Shown one piece after another: positions 1-9,737 of a stretch of 64,000 nt of DNA. The DNA is from Legionellales bacterium. GTDB lineage: Bacteria; Pseudomonadota; Gammaproteobacteria; Comchoanobacterales; Comchoanobacteraceae. Location: positions 8,485 to 72,484 of the forward strand of contig PBLX01000055.1 in the NCBI GenBank assembly GCA_002722435.1, written 5' to 3'. The notes under the pieces were generated by a model. The model ran no database searches. It saw only the letters and a program-made list of their open reading frames with translations, and was not told the DNA's origin. Numbering within the stretch: the stretch's first letter is position 1; every line of letters starts with the position of its first letter. The translations under genes were made by a program, and so were the position numbers.

Positions 1-234
1 AAATACCAACTTCCCTTTCCGCTTCTCTCTGATCCAGAGGGGGAGATTTGCCAAGCTTTCGGTGTATGGATTGAAAAAAGTATGTTTGGCAAACGCTATA
101 TGGGTATTGAGCGCAGTAGTTTTCTATTAGACTCTGATCGTATCATTCGAAAAGCTTGGCGAAAGGTCAAGCCAGCAGAGCATATCGATCTTGTAATCGA
201 TTATCTTGCTCAGCAGTCCTCAGCCTCAAGCTGA
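1..234 (+). CDS. bcp: Thiol peroxidase Bcp (peroxiredoxin), C-terminal fragment; the 5-prime end lies outside the window
   Basis: Frame +1 is open from base 1 to TGA at 232-234. The translation ..FPLLSDPEGEICQAFGVWIEKSMFGKRYMGIERSSFLLDSD.. is collinear with the C-terminal half of E. coli Bcp as I remember it. Confidence 0.7.
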   Translation, partial: KYQLPFPLLSDPEGEICQAFGVWIEKSMFGKRYMGIERSSFLLDSDRIIRKAWRKVKPAEHIDLVIDYLAQQSSASS

Positions 235-705
235 TCTATGATGCAAGGTATTGCGTATCTCTTCGATCACTGCATTGTTTTTACTTTCTAGGTGTAATGT
301 TCTACCATCCGATCCTCTTGGTGTGATGGTAATAGATAAATCACAGGTAATAAGTTCTGCAATACCCTTGTTTGCCCACTCAATGATGAGTTGATCATCG
401 ATATAATCTTCTAGTCCCAGACAGCGTATTTCGCTTACAGCGTTGATTCGATATAGATCCATGTGGTGAATAGCTTGCCCGTCATGATCTAGATAACTCT
501 CAACCATAGAGAAAGACGGACTTTTAATCTGTCCTTGGATACCTCGTTGCCGTAGCCATGATCTTGCAAACTCAGTTTTTCCAGCACCAAGCTCACCTGA
601 CAAAAAGATGATCCGCACGCTAGCTGAGCACGCAGTGGCGATCAACTCGACCGTGTGCTTGAAGTCGCTGAGGTTATTCGTGTTTATTGTTAGTGATTCA
701 CTCAT
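226..705 (-). CDS. tsaE: tRNA threonylcarbamoyladenosine biosynthesis ATPase TsaE (YjeE)
   Basis: 159-aa ORF with the P-loop GELGAGKTEF, then SPSF..V..Y and HHMDLYR, the typical TsaE signature. It overlaps nnr by 8 nt. Confidence 0.85.
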   Translation of the reverse strand: MSESLTINTNNLSDFKHTVELIATACSASVRIIFLSGELGAGKTEFARSWLRQRGIQGQIKSPSFSMVESYLDHDGQAIHHMDLYRINAVSEIRCLGLEDYIDDQLIIEWANKGIAELITCDLSITITPRGSDGRTLHLESKNNAVIEEIRNTLHHRSA

Positions 706-2191
706 CGTTTCTGTGATTATTGATCTTTTTATAATCTATGGGTATGTTGTTCTTGAACCCAGGGATTGCTTCTATGATATCGCTGGCCATCATGCCTCGA
801 CCATTCATTTGATCACGAATGGCTTGACCGACACCTACATGTAGCAGTGCGCCTTGAACCGTAGCGGTCTCTGGTGTTTCGCCAAGGGCAACGTATGCTG
901 CGATTAATCCACAAAGGACATCTCCAGCGCCAGCAACCGCAATCTCAGGGCACGACTCATGTATTACATAAGGCATCCTACCTGGTGGGTGAATAATGGT
1001 TCCAGCGCCTTTCAATAAACTAATGGCACCGTACCTTGACTGAATTGCATCCGTCGCCGCGTAGCGATCCTGGTTGACAGCATCCGCTGTGGTGTCTAGT
1101 AAAGCCGCTGCTTCACCTGGATGCGGCGTGAGTATTGCATTTGAGAGTTGGTTATATTTCAATGTATTTAGCACTCTCAGTGCGCCTGCATCAATGACTT
1201 TTGCACAATCGACACTCAATACTGCGCTTAAAACACTTTCTGCCCACGGATCAGATCCAAGACCAGGGCCGAGAATGATGCAGAGATTGCGGTGACTTTT
1301 CACAAATTCATCTATCTCATGGTACTCAATTGATGTGAAGTCCGGGCTTTTATTGATGTAACTGCTGTTGTTAGGCGTGCATATGATCACATGCCCGACA
1401 CCGCAGCGAGCTGCTGCTTGTGCAGCAAGTAAAACAGACCCTTCGAGCCCCTGCGCTCCTCCAATCACCAAAACCTTACCAAAATCTCCCTTGTGCACAC
1501 TTTGTGCTTGAGCGCCACAGGACGGCAATAGATCACGTGTTGTCACAACATGTACATCTGCATCTGGCATTGGTGGCATTGATTGCATATCGATGTCAGC
1601 ATGGATTATTTCTCCCGTTGCGTCGAAAGCATTGTGTGTGTATAACCCGCGTTTCCCACCAAGGACACAGAGGGTTTTGTTTGCAGCGACTGCGACCTCT
1701 TGTACACACCCAGTATCAGCGCATAGACCTGATGGTACATCAATACTTAGGGTACTTGCTTTGCTCTGATTGATACACTCGATCGCGTGCCTTGTTGATC
1801 CATCAAGCGTACCAGAGAACCCAATACCTAGTAAGCCATCGATGATGACATCGGTATGATCAAGTGCTTCTAATCCAACAAAAGGTATACCTGCTTTTCT
1901 GGCAATATCAGCCGCATCTGATGTCAATGGTTTCAGCGCTCTTCCCGTCTCTACCAAAACAATGGCAGTTGAGTAGCCGTCGTTACTCAGCTTCACGGCA
2001 AGCAACAAACCGTCGGCACCATTGTGCCCTGTTCCACAGATCAGTAGGACTTTTTGATTGATTGCTATCTCTTGCTTGCAGACCGCATGCAGCGCAGTGC
2101 TAGCAGCATCTAGAAGTGCTTCTGGTGCGTGTTTCTCAAGCACCGTCGCCTCGTAGTTTTGTATGCTCTGAATACTATATGCTTTTTCCAT
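698..2191 (-). CDS. nnr: Bifunctional NAD(P)H-hydrate repair enzyme Nnr (epimerase/dehydratase, YjeF)
   Basis: 497 aa. It has an N-terminal YjeF-N-like region (CGTGHNGADGL) and a C-terminal carbohydrate-kinase-like region (HKGDFGKVLVIGG, LKGAGT, AGAGDVL). The conserved nnr-tsaE pairing is present. Confidence 0.9.
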   Translation of the reverse strand: MEKAYSIQSIQNYEATVLEKHAPEALLDAASTALHAVCKQEIAINQKVLLICGTGHNGADGLLLAVKLSNDGYSTAIVLVETGRALKPLTSDAADIARKAGIPFVGLEALDHTDVIIDGLLGIGFSGTLDGSTRHAIECINQSKASTLSIDVPSGLCADTGCVQEVAVAANKTLCVLGGKRGLYTHNAFDATGEIIHADIDMQSMPPMPDADVHVVTTRDLLPSCGAQAQSVHKGDFGKVLVIGGAQGLEGSVLLAAQAAARCGVGHVIICTPNNSSYINKSPDFTSIEYHEIDEFVKSHRNLCIILGPGLGSDPWAESVLSAVLSVDCAKVIDAGALRVLNTLKYNQLSNAILTPHPGEAAALLDTTADAVNQDRYAATDAIQSRYGAISLLKGAGTIIHPPGRMPYVIHESCPEIAVAGAGDVLCGLIAAYVALGETPETATVQGALLHVGVGQAIRDQMNGRGMMASDIIEAIPGFKNNIPIDYKKINNHRNDE

Positions 2192-2274
2192 GTCGAGAAT
2201 GCTTGTGTGAGTTGATCGTGTCCGCTATGAAAGTGGTATGCATCCCAAATCCCATGGCTAAACGCTGTTTAATG

Positions 2275-2823
2275 CTACGATTTTGCAGGATTGAACATAT
2301 TTCCCCGGTAGTAACTGAGTTCAGCAATGGATTCTTTAATATCATCCAATGCACGGTGTTGATTACTTTTACTAAAACGCTCACGTTCTGGGTACCATGC
2401 CTCATAGAGTAGTTTGATGCTAGAAACATCGATGTTTCGATAATGGCAATAAGTCTCTATCTCTGGCATGTGCGCAGACAGAAAGGCGCGATCGGTGCCG
2501 ATGGAATTGCCACACAATGGCGCTTGGTTCTCTTTAACGTGGGCCTTGATAAATGCCAGCGTGGCATGCATCGCTTCGGGTTCACTCACTTGACTATTGC
2601 GAACGGATTCCAGTAGGCCAGATGCGCCATGATGCTTGATGATCCACGGATCAAGGTCTTTCAGTCGTTCTTCTGATTGATGTATCACTAACTGAGGCCC
2701 TTCAGCAATCACATTGAGTTGATCGTCTGTGATGATTGTGGCTATCTCGATGATGTGATTTTTGCTCGTGTCGAGGCCTGTCATTTCCAGGTCACACCAT
2801 ATCCACCTTGACTCTTTTGCCAT
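2275..2823 (-). CDS. orn: Oligoribonuclease
   Basis: 182 aa with WIWCDLEMTGLD (DEDD exo motif I) and HRALDDIKESI (motif III). The length is typical of Orn. Confidence 0.9.
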   Translation of the reverse strand: MAKESRWIWCDLEMTGLDTSKNHIIEIATIITDDQLNVIAEGPQLVIHQSEERLKDLDPWIIKHHGASGLLESVRNSQVSEPEAMHATLAFIKAHVKENQAPLCGNSIGTDRAFLSAHMPEIETYCHYRNIDVSSIKLLYEAWYPERERFSKSNQHRALDDIKESIAELSYYRGNMFNPAKS

Positions 2824-2958
2824 CGACTACCTCGTTGAAATTGTTATCATTATAGCATGATTTTATCTGATCTCAATATTGGCATTCCCTCATCCGCGGC
2901 ATCGATATGCACTTTATGCTATTATTTTCATAAAAATCAGTTATATAATATGATTTTA

Positions 2959-2986
2959 TTGACAAAACCGCTCCTTTTGCTATAGT
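2959..2986 (+). promoter_or_regulatory. Sigma70-like promoter candidate for rsfS-rlmH-mrdA-rodA
   Basis: TTGACA (2959-2964), a 16-nt spacer, then TATAGT (2981-2986), about 29 nt upstream of the rsfS ATG. Confidence 0.4.
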
Positions 2987-3014
2987 GATCATGGTATGAG
3001 TAATTGAGCACCCT

Positions 3015-3332
3015 ATGACCGACCTTGAGCATATTTTATCCTCATTAGACGATATGAAAGGGGTAGACATCACCCCACTTGACGTGTCAACACTGACGTC
3101 CATCACAGACCATATGGTCATCGTCACTGGAAAAAACACACGTCACACACGCAGTATGATGTTAGCCCTTATCGATCTCTATCCATCATTGACATGTGGC
3201 AAACCTGTTATTGAGGGTGACGATTATAATGAGTGGATACTGGTAAACTTTGGTGATGTTATTGTCCATATCATGCTTGCCCATGTGCGTGATTATTATG
3301 CTATTGAAAAACTCTGGAGCAAAGATCTCTAA
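3015..3332 (+). CDS. rsfS: Ribosomal silencing factor RsfS (iojap family)
   Basis: 105 aa. DDMKGVDITPLDV...TDHMVIVTG.NTRH is typical of RsfS. The conserved rsfS-rlmH-mrdA-rodA order is present. Confidence 0.85.
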   Translation: MTDLEHILSSLDDMKGVDITPLDVSTLTSITDHMVIVTGKNTRHTRSMMLALIDLYPSLTCGKPVIEGDDYNEWILVNFGDVIVHIMLAHVRDYYAIEKLWSKDL

Positions 3333-3337
3333 AAGCC

Positions 3338-3811
3338 ATGCTGAGTTTACAGATTCGCGCCATTGGCAAACCCTCTGAACGCTGGCAAACTGAAGCGCTC
3401 TCCATGTATCAATCTCGTTTATCGCATCTATGCCATTTTAGTGAACAAATATCTGAAATACCCAAACGTTCACGAGGCGCTCAGCTGATTCAACGTCAAG
3501 ATAAGGAACTCACACTATTAACGTCGGATTTATCGACGAATAGCTACGTTATTATTCTTGATGAACGAGGCAAACAAATGCAAACGACGGGCCTTAGCCA
3601 ACATCTTGCTAAGATGCAGAACCAGTATCATAAACTTGTTTTTGTACTTGGTGGCCCAGATGGTCACCACCCAGGGATACAGGATGTTGGCCACATCACC
3701 TTGTCGCTCTCTCAATTTACACTGCCACATATGTTTGCTAGAATCATGCTGTATGAGCAGCTATATCGTTGTCTGACTCTAATGAACAACCATCCGTACC
3801 ATCGATCATGA
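3338..3811 (+). CDS. rlmH: 23S rRNA (pseudouridine1915-N3)-methyltransferase RlmH
   Basis: 157 aa, with a SPOUT-type C-terminus (LVFVLGGPDGH, LSLS.FTLPH). Its position between rsfS and mrdA fits. Confidence 0.85.
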   Translation: MLSLQIRAIGKPSERWQTEALSMYQSRLSHLCHFSEQISEIPKRSRGAQLIQRQDKELTLLTSDLSTNSYVIILDERGKQMQTTGLSQHLAKMQNQYHKLVFVLGGPDGHHPGIQDVGHITLSLSQFTLPHMFARIMLYEQLYRCLTLMNNHPYHRS

Positions 3812-5607
3812 GCGATTCGCTTCAAAGCAACTACAGAGAACAACAGTATGACCACTTCAATCGCGTACTACTTGCTATTGCTTTTTTTGTACTCTTAACG
3901 CTAATTCTCATCTCGCAGCTCTTTAGGCTACAGATTCTATCGGGTCAAACACTCTTTCACCGCAGCCTTGATAACCAGTTCACTTTTGCGTCTTTGCAAT
4001 CACAGCGTGGTCAGATCCTCGATCGCCATGGGGAGGTGCTTGCTAAAAATATACCCCAATTTCACCTTGATTTATTTGTCGAATCTCGCGCCCGAGCAAG
4101 ACGTGCTCTAGACGACCTGCGCAAACGTATCGAAATCGATCCAAAATCTCTTAGCATGATCGAACGACGTCTCGACAAAGCAAGAGCACAAGACACGTTG
4201 CGTATCATCAGCCGCCTATCATCCGATCAATTGCGTCATATTTACCACGAGAACCTTCATCTATCTCCGCTAAAGGTTACCCCAGAGTTTATCCGATCTT
4301 ATCCCTGTGGCGAGCCCTGTGGCAATGTCACTGGCTATGTCTTAGCACGTAAGCTTGATAAAGATGCCAAGTCAGATAACCCCAATATTCTCGCTTCTTA
4401 CTCCGGCGCTGATGGCGTTGAAAAGTCCTATGATGAAGTCTTGTCCGGTAAACCCGGTGTTGTCCAGCTGCAACGCGATGCAAAGGGAAAAATTTTGCAA
4501 ACACTCTCAAATATTCCTGCGCAAAATGGTGCTGATATCATTTTAACCATTGATGCACGTCTGCAAAGGATCGTTGCTGACAAGATGAAGGGCAAACGAG
4601 GTGCTGTGGTTATCAACAACCCGAGTAATGGAGAGATCATCGCGCTCTACAGTGCCCCCAGCTATGATCCGAATGCATTTCTCGACCCATCACTCTCAAG
4701 CGCACTCAAGACTTATCTCACGTCACCGGAAAAGCCACTTTTCAACCGTGCACTCTCTGGCCAGTTTCCACCAGCGTCAACCGTCAAGCCTTTTCTCGCA
4801 TTGTATGCACTTGAGGAGAAGTTGATATCACCACAGTTCCATATCCATGACAGTGGCTACTTTCGCTACAAGGATACAGCTAACGTTTATCGTAACTGGA
4901 ATCGTGCTGGTCATGGTCGAGTGGATGTTCAAAAAGCGATTATCTTATCAAACGACACGTTTTTCTATCATCTTGCGCTGAAATTAGGTATTGACACCAT
5001 GAGTCATGTCTATGATCGCTATGGCTTTGGATCGTCAACCGGCATTGATCTTCCCGGTGAAAAACTAGGACTACTGCCAACGCGGAGCTGGAAAAAGGCT
5101 CGTGGTCAATCATGGCTTATTGGTGACACCATTATCACAGGTATTGGGCAAGGCTCGTTGCTGGTCACACCAATACAGCTTGCTTATGCGAATGCCATAT
5201 TTGCTGCCCGCGGTGATGCCTTCATTCCCCACGTTGTGCAATCAGTGAAGTACCCGAGCCACAAGACTGATACCGAGTTAATAAACCCAACGCGTACTGG
5301 CAGTTTAAGCTACCGGCACTGGCAGTACATCACGAAAGCGATGGAGAAAGTGATTGTCTATGGTACGGGTAACCGCTTTGGCAGGCTCAATAAACCCTTT
5401 GCTGCCAAAACAGGGACTGCGCAATTGATCAAAAACTCTGGACGCACTCACCACATTAAAAAACTATCTGACCACTCATGGTTTATGGGCTTTTTTGTCA
5501 AGGAACATCCGGACTTTGCTATCACTGTTCTGGCAGAGAATGACAATAATGCTATTTTTGTTGCGCGTGAGATCATTAACGCTTATCAGCAATTGACGTC
5601 AGTATAG
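3808..5607 (+). CDS. mrdA: Penicillin-binding protein 2 (peptidoglycan D,D-transpeptidase MrdA)
   Basis: It has the STVK (SxxK), SND (SxN) and KTGTAQ (KTG) motifs and an N-terminal TM anchor. I prefer the ATG at 3808, which overlaps the rlmH stop as ATGA, over the TTG at 3769 in the ORF track. Confidence 0.9.
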   Translation: MSDSLQSNYREQQYDHFNRVLLAIAFFVLLTLILISQLFRLQILSGQTLFHRSLDNQFTFASLQSQRGQILDRHGEVLAKNIPQFHLDLFVESRARARRALDDLRKRIEIDPKSLSMIERRLDKARAQDTLRIISRLSSDQLRHIYHENLHLSPLKVTPEFIRSYPCGEPCGNVTGYVLARKLDKDAKSDNPNILASYSGADGVEKSYDEVLSGKPGVVQLQRDAKGKILQTLSNIPAQNGADIILTIDARLQRIVADKMKGKRGAVVINNPSNGEIIALYSAPSYDPNAFLDPSLSSALKTYLTSPEKPLFNRALSGQFPPASTVKPFLALYALEEKLISPQFHIHDSGYFRYKDTANVYRNWNRAGHGRVDVQKAIILSNDTFFYHLALKLGIDTMSHVYDRYGFGSSTGIDLPGEKLGLLPTRSWKKARGQSWLIGDTIITGIGQGSLLVTPIQLAYANAIFAARGDAFIPHVVQSVKYPSHKTDTELINPTRTGSLSYRHWQYITKAMEKVIVYGTGNRFGRLNKPFAAKTGTAQLIKNSGRTHHIKKLSDHSWFMGFFVKEHPDFAITVLAENDNNAIFVAREIINAYQQLTSV

Positions 5608-5651
5608 TACGCTTTTTTGCCTCGCTCTACAAATCATAGCACGCTTGGATT

Positions 5652-6788
5652 ATGTATCACATCTTGATACAATCACAACACGACTCGGGTACACAGCATA
5701 TGCTCTCCACTTCCAAGCTTGGTAATCAAGAACATGTTAGTCTAAACACCCTACTGTGTGTTTATATCGTGATTGGCATGTTGCTGTTGACGAGTGCCAG
5801 CGAAGGTAATCATTACATGGTGATCAAGCAAGGTGTGCACGCACTGCTTGCTGTAGGTATATTGTTTGCCGTACAACGTATGAGCTGCGAGCACTTGCAG
5901 AAAGTCGCCTTTATTGCTTACCTTGCAACCATCGCGCTTCTTATTTTGGTCCTACTGATTGGCCATACTGGGAAAGGTGCACAACGTTGGCTCGATTTAC
6001 GGTTTATTCGCTTTGAACCGTCTGAAATCATGAAAGTGATATTACCGGTAACCCTTGCCAGCTGTGTACAAAATCAAGAGCTGCCTCTATCACCACTGGC
6101 ACTGCTGCAAAATCTATTACTTGTTTTGCTTCCATTCATGTTGATTGCCAAACAACCCGATCTTGGAACGGCAACGATCATCGCCACCATTGGTATTTTT
6201 ACCCTCATCATGGCCGGCCTACCTTTTAAGCTGATACGCTATGGCATAACAGCATTTGTTGTCATGTCACCAGTCAGCTGGACACTTCTCCATGAGTACC
6301 AGAAAAAGCGCATCATGACACTGCTGATGCCACGGCAGGATGTTTCCGGTAGCGGTTACCACATCATGCAATCGAAGATTGCCATTGGCTCTGGTGGTTT
6401 TTTTGGTAAAGGTTGGTTCTATGGAACACAATCGCATCTGCAATTCCTACCGGAGCACAATACTGATTTTATCTTCGCTCTGCTAGCAGAAGAATTCGGT
6501 TTTTTTGGTTGTTGTGTACTCTTTGCGTTATTTCTGTGGATTCTCATCAAATGCTTCAGCTATAGCATGCAAGCACAAAACCATTTCACCCGATTGGCTT
6601 GTGCCGGTATTTCATTTGCTTTTGGCATTTGTACGTTTATTAACGTTGCAATGGTCACGGGGCTTATACCGGTGGTTGGTATCCCATTACCCTTGATTAG
6701 TTATGGCGGTACTACGATGCTGATCACGCTCCTTGGTTTTGGTATTATCAATGCTTGCCGTTCACAATCAAGGCTGTTTGACTCGTAG
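5652..6788 (+). CDS. rodA: Peptidoglycan glycosyltransferase RodA (SEDS family)
   Basis: Polytopic membrane protein with QPDLGTA, SKIAIGSGGFFGKGW and LPEHNTDFIF. It lies directly after mrdA. The start is uncertain; 5700 is an alternative ATG. Confidence 0.9.
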   Translation: MYHILIQSQHDSGTQHMLSTSKLGNQEHVSLNTLLCVYIVIGMLLLTSASEGNHYMVIKQGVHALLAVGILFAVQRMSCEHLQKVAFIAYLATIALLILVLLIGHTGKGAQRWLDLRFIRFEPSEIMKVILPVTLASCVQNQELPLSPLALLQNLLLVLLPFMLIAKQPDLGTATIIATIGIFTLIMAGLPFKLIRYGITAFVVMSPVSWTLLHEYQKKRIMTLLMPRQDVSGSGYHIMQSKIAIGSGGFFGKGWFYGTQSHLQFLPEHNTDFIFALLAEEFGFFGCCVLFALFLWILIKCFSYSMQAQNHFTRLACAGISFAFGICTFINVAMVTGLIPVVGIPLPLISYGGTTMLITLLGFGIINACRSQSRLFDS

Positions 6789-6953
6789 CATCCTATCAAA
6801 TTTTATAAGCCTTCCTATCGCCGCTGCTTATCGTATTTTTGTCTCAAAACTAAAATGACAGATATTCAGTTGTCTTGAGTGACGCCCCAATGTCTGTACT
6901 TGCGATCAGTATGGCATGGTGTTATGTTTTTCGTATTACTACCGAGAACGATT

Positions 6954-7928
6954 ATGTGGTTTCTATTTCTTTTATGCCTGTTTAGCCAGTGTTTTGCATC
7001 CGTGAGTCTTGAGCCTGCTCGTAATCGGATGGTTAAACAGCTTGTCCAGGAGGTCCATAAGAAACATCACATCCCAACGAGTTGGCTTGACAAACAGTTC
7101 AAGGGTCTTGCTTTGAATGAGTCATCACTTAGTCTGATGCAGCGACCATTTGAAGCTAAACCTTGGTATCAATATCGACAGCTCTTGGTCAGTCCTAAAC
7201 GTGTTCAGAATGGCACGAAGTTCATGCACACCAATCAGACTGTGCTGCAAGATTATGAGAAACGCTACCATATACCTGCGTCAATCGTAACTGCTATTAT
7301 TGGAATTGAAACAAGTTATGGTGAGAATATGGGTGACTTCATCACACTCGAGGCACTTTCCACGCTTGCGTTTTACTATACCCCTCGGGCCGACTATTTT
7401 CGCAGCGAGGCAATTGAGTTGCTGCGCTATGCCTACGATCATAAAATTGCCACATCTACTATCAAAGGTTCCTACGCAGGCGCCATTGGTATACCACAAT
7501 TCATGCCCTCGAACATAGAGCTCTACGGTCGACATCATGGAAAAGATGGCCAGCTTGATCTTGTGCACGATCACAATGATGCGATCGCCAGTGTCTTCAA
7601 TTATCTTGCTAAGATGGGACACTGGGCATCACACAAGCCAATCATGAAGAAGCTTGAGTTAAACCCTAAGCAGAAGGACACACTTAATAACGCAATCGGA
7701 AACCAACGTATGCTCGCGGTGACTAAGCCACTCGCTCAACAGTTTAATCTACGTCCTACTGATACAAGTTGGATCATCCGACTAGAATCGCAGCCCAATG
7801 AATATGATTTTTATCGTGTATTTGGGAACTTCAAGAGCATCATGCGTTATAATAACAGTGTCCACTACAGCGCTGCAGTCGCACAACTGGCGCAGCAACT
7901 AGCCAATAGCAAGTCTACGACTAGTTAA
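6954..7928 (+). CDS. mltB: Lytic murein transglycosylase B
   Basis: IIGIETSYG and GSYAGAIGIPQFMPS motifs. The ATG at 6954 gives a signal peptide, MWFLFLLCLFSQCFA. The ORF track starts at a GTG at 6879. Confidence 0.8.
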   Translation: MWFLFLLCLFSQCFASVSLEPARNRMVKQLVQEVHKKHHIPTSWLDKQFKGLALNESSLSLMQRPFEAKPWYQYRQLLVSPKRVQNGTKFMHTNQTVLQDYEKRYHIPASIVTAIIGIETSYGENMGDFITLEALSTLAFYYTPRADYFRSEAIELLRYAYDHKIATSTIKGSYAGAIGIPQFMPSNIELYGRHHGKDGQLDLVHDHNDAIASVFNYLAKMGHWASHKPIMKKLELNPKQKDTLNNAIGNQRMLAVTKPLAQQFNLRPTDTSWIIRLESQPNEYDFYRVFGNFKSIMRYNNSVHYSAAVAQLAQQLANSKSTTS

Positions 7929-7979
7929 TGCGCTCAATGTCTGTACAATGGCAGGGAGTGGATACTGACCATAGTCGTT

Positions 7980-9737
7980 ATGCTTAAAGAAGCCAAACTT
8001 GATTCTCTCAATGAAAACCGTCTCCAAGATGCTATTTCACTCCACCAAGAGGGCCACGCTGACCAAGCCATTATTCAGTATAAACTCATTCTTAATTCTT
8101 ATCCTGAACATGCCATGGTTCATCACTTACTTGGCATCACATTGGCGCAGTGCGGAGAAATAAAGCGTGCGCTATCGACGCTTAATCGCGCCAATGAGCT
8201 ACAACCAAACCACCCTATTTATCTATCTAGTCTTGCTAACGCGCATCGTAGAAATGCGGATAACGATCAAGCAATCCTTTATTTTGAACAAGCACTCAAA
8301 CTCAATCCCAATCTCGTTTCTGCACACAATAATCTTGCACTGATATTTTTTAAGTCTGAGCCGAATCGTGCTGAAAAACACTTTCGTGCTGCGCTTGACG
8401 TCATGCCTGAGCATGTTGATGCCAACTATAATTTGGGCTTGCTTCTTAGCAACAGTAATAAGCATAAAGCAAAAGATTACTTTGAGCGCGCCTGTCACTC
8501 GGATCATGCATTCATCCCTGCTCGTTACCAATTGGCTCAGCTCTATCACTCAGAGAAATCCTTCAGAAAAGCGCTAAAATGGTACCAAGCAGTGGTGGCA
8601 TTGGATGCAGATCATGCGAACGCATTATCTAAAATTGGGTTGATCTACCTAGAACAAGATGACACCGATCGCGGCTTAGACTTTCTTGAACGTGCTCATC
8701 GACTAGACCCTGATCTTGATGACATACATCATAATCTTGCTTGTGTTTACCATCATTTGAAACGCTACGATGACGCTGTCAAACACTGGCTCAAGTATTC
8801 AATGCAGCAGCCTGATCTTACCACAACCTATAATATTGGTGTTTGCTATCTTTATTTGTGTCGTTACCAAGATGCACAAGACCACTTATTTGAGGTGATT
8901 CGACAATCACCGAAGCATTATCATGCACTCGTCAACTTAGGCGCTACCTTCCTGCAATGCAATAAACACGACCTTGCCATAGAATATTATCAGCGTGCAC
9001 AAGCCATCACACCCAATGCTGCCGTTGAGCATGTTTTGTCTGCGCTGACACAGTGTGATAGCAATAATACATCGGCGCCAGCTTCTTATATTGTCGACCT
9101 GTTTGACAACTATGCGATGCATTACGATAACCATCTCAATGATGTTCTTGATTATCAGTTGCCAAAACGCATTGCTCATCTTATCCCGTCTATGCTTCAT
9201 CTATCATCTGGCTCTTGTATTACCCTCGACTTAGGCTGTGGAACAGGTTTATGCGCAAAGACACTTCGAGACGTTTCTAAAACGCTGATCGGGATTGATT
9301 TATCATCGAATATGCTTGCACAAGCCAAGAAAAAGTCTTTGTATGACCACCTGGTTTGTCAGGATATTACCCAGTTCATGCCAGCGCATGAAGACAAGAT
9401 AGATTTGGCACTCTGCGCTGATACGCTTCCCTATATTGGCCAACTCGAACCACTATTTAGCACCGTATCTCGCTACATGAATGTGGGTGGCTACTGGATG
9501 TTCAGCATAGAGGAATGCTTCGATATCGACTATACACTTAATAAGAATGCCCGCTATGCTCATTCTCAGGACTACATACGACGACTTTGCACGCAGTATC
9601 GGCTAGAGGTATTTCATCATGAACGTTTGGTGCTGCGGACCCAACAAAATGCATACGTTGATGGCGTATTGTTTATCTTACGACCGATATGCTCAGAGCA
9701 GACCACTCAGATTGCCAGTAGCGCTTACAGCGGTTAA
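7980..9737 (+). CDS. TPR-repeat protein with a C-terminal class I SAM-dependent methyltransferase domain
   Basis: 585 aa. The N-terminal roughly 350 aa are repeated 34-aa TPR-like units (A..Y..AL...P....A..NLG). The C-terminus carries the SAM motif I, LDLGCGTGLC. Confidence 0.75.
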   Translation: MLKEAKLDSLNENRLQDAISLHQEGHADQAIIQYKLILNSYPEHAMVHHLLGITLAQCGEIKRALSTLNRANELQPNHPIYLSSLANAHRRNADNDQAILYFEQALKLNPNLVSAHNNLALIFFKSEPNRAEKHFRAALDVMPEHVDANYNLGLLLSNSNKHKAKDYFERACHSDHAFIPARYQLAQLYHSEKSFRKALKWYQAVVALDADHANALSKIGLIYLEQDDTDRGLDFLERAHRLDPDLDDIHHNLACVYHHLKRYDDAVKHWLKYSMQQPDLTTTYNIGVCYLYLCRYQDAQDHLFEVIRQSPKHYHALVNLGATFLQCNKHDLAIEYYQRAQAITPNAAVEHVLSALTQCDSNNTSAPASYIVDLFDNYAMHYDNHLNDVLDYQLPKRIAHLIPSMLHLSSGSCITLDLGCGTGLCAKTLRDVSKTLIGIDLSSNMLAQAKKKSLYDHLVCQDITQFMPAHEDKIDLALCADTLPYIGQLEPLFSTVSRYMNVGGYWMFSIEECFDIDYTLNKNARYAHSQDYIRRLCTQYRLEVFHHERLVLRTQQNAYVDGVLFILRPICSEQTTQIASSAYSG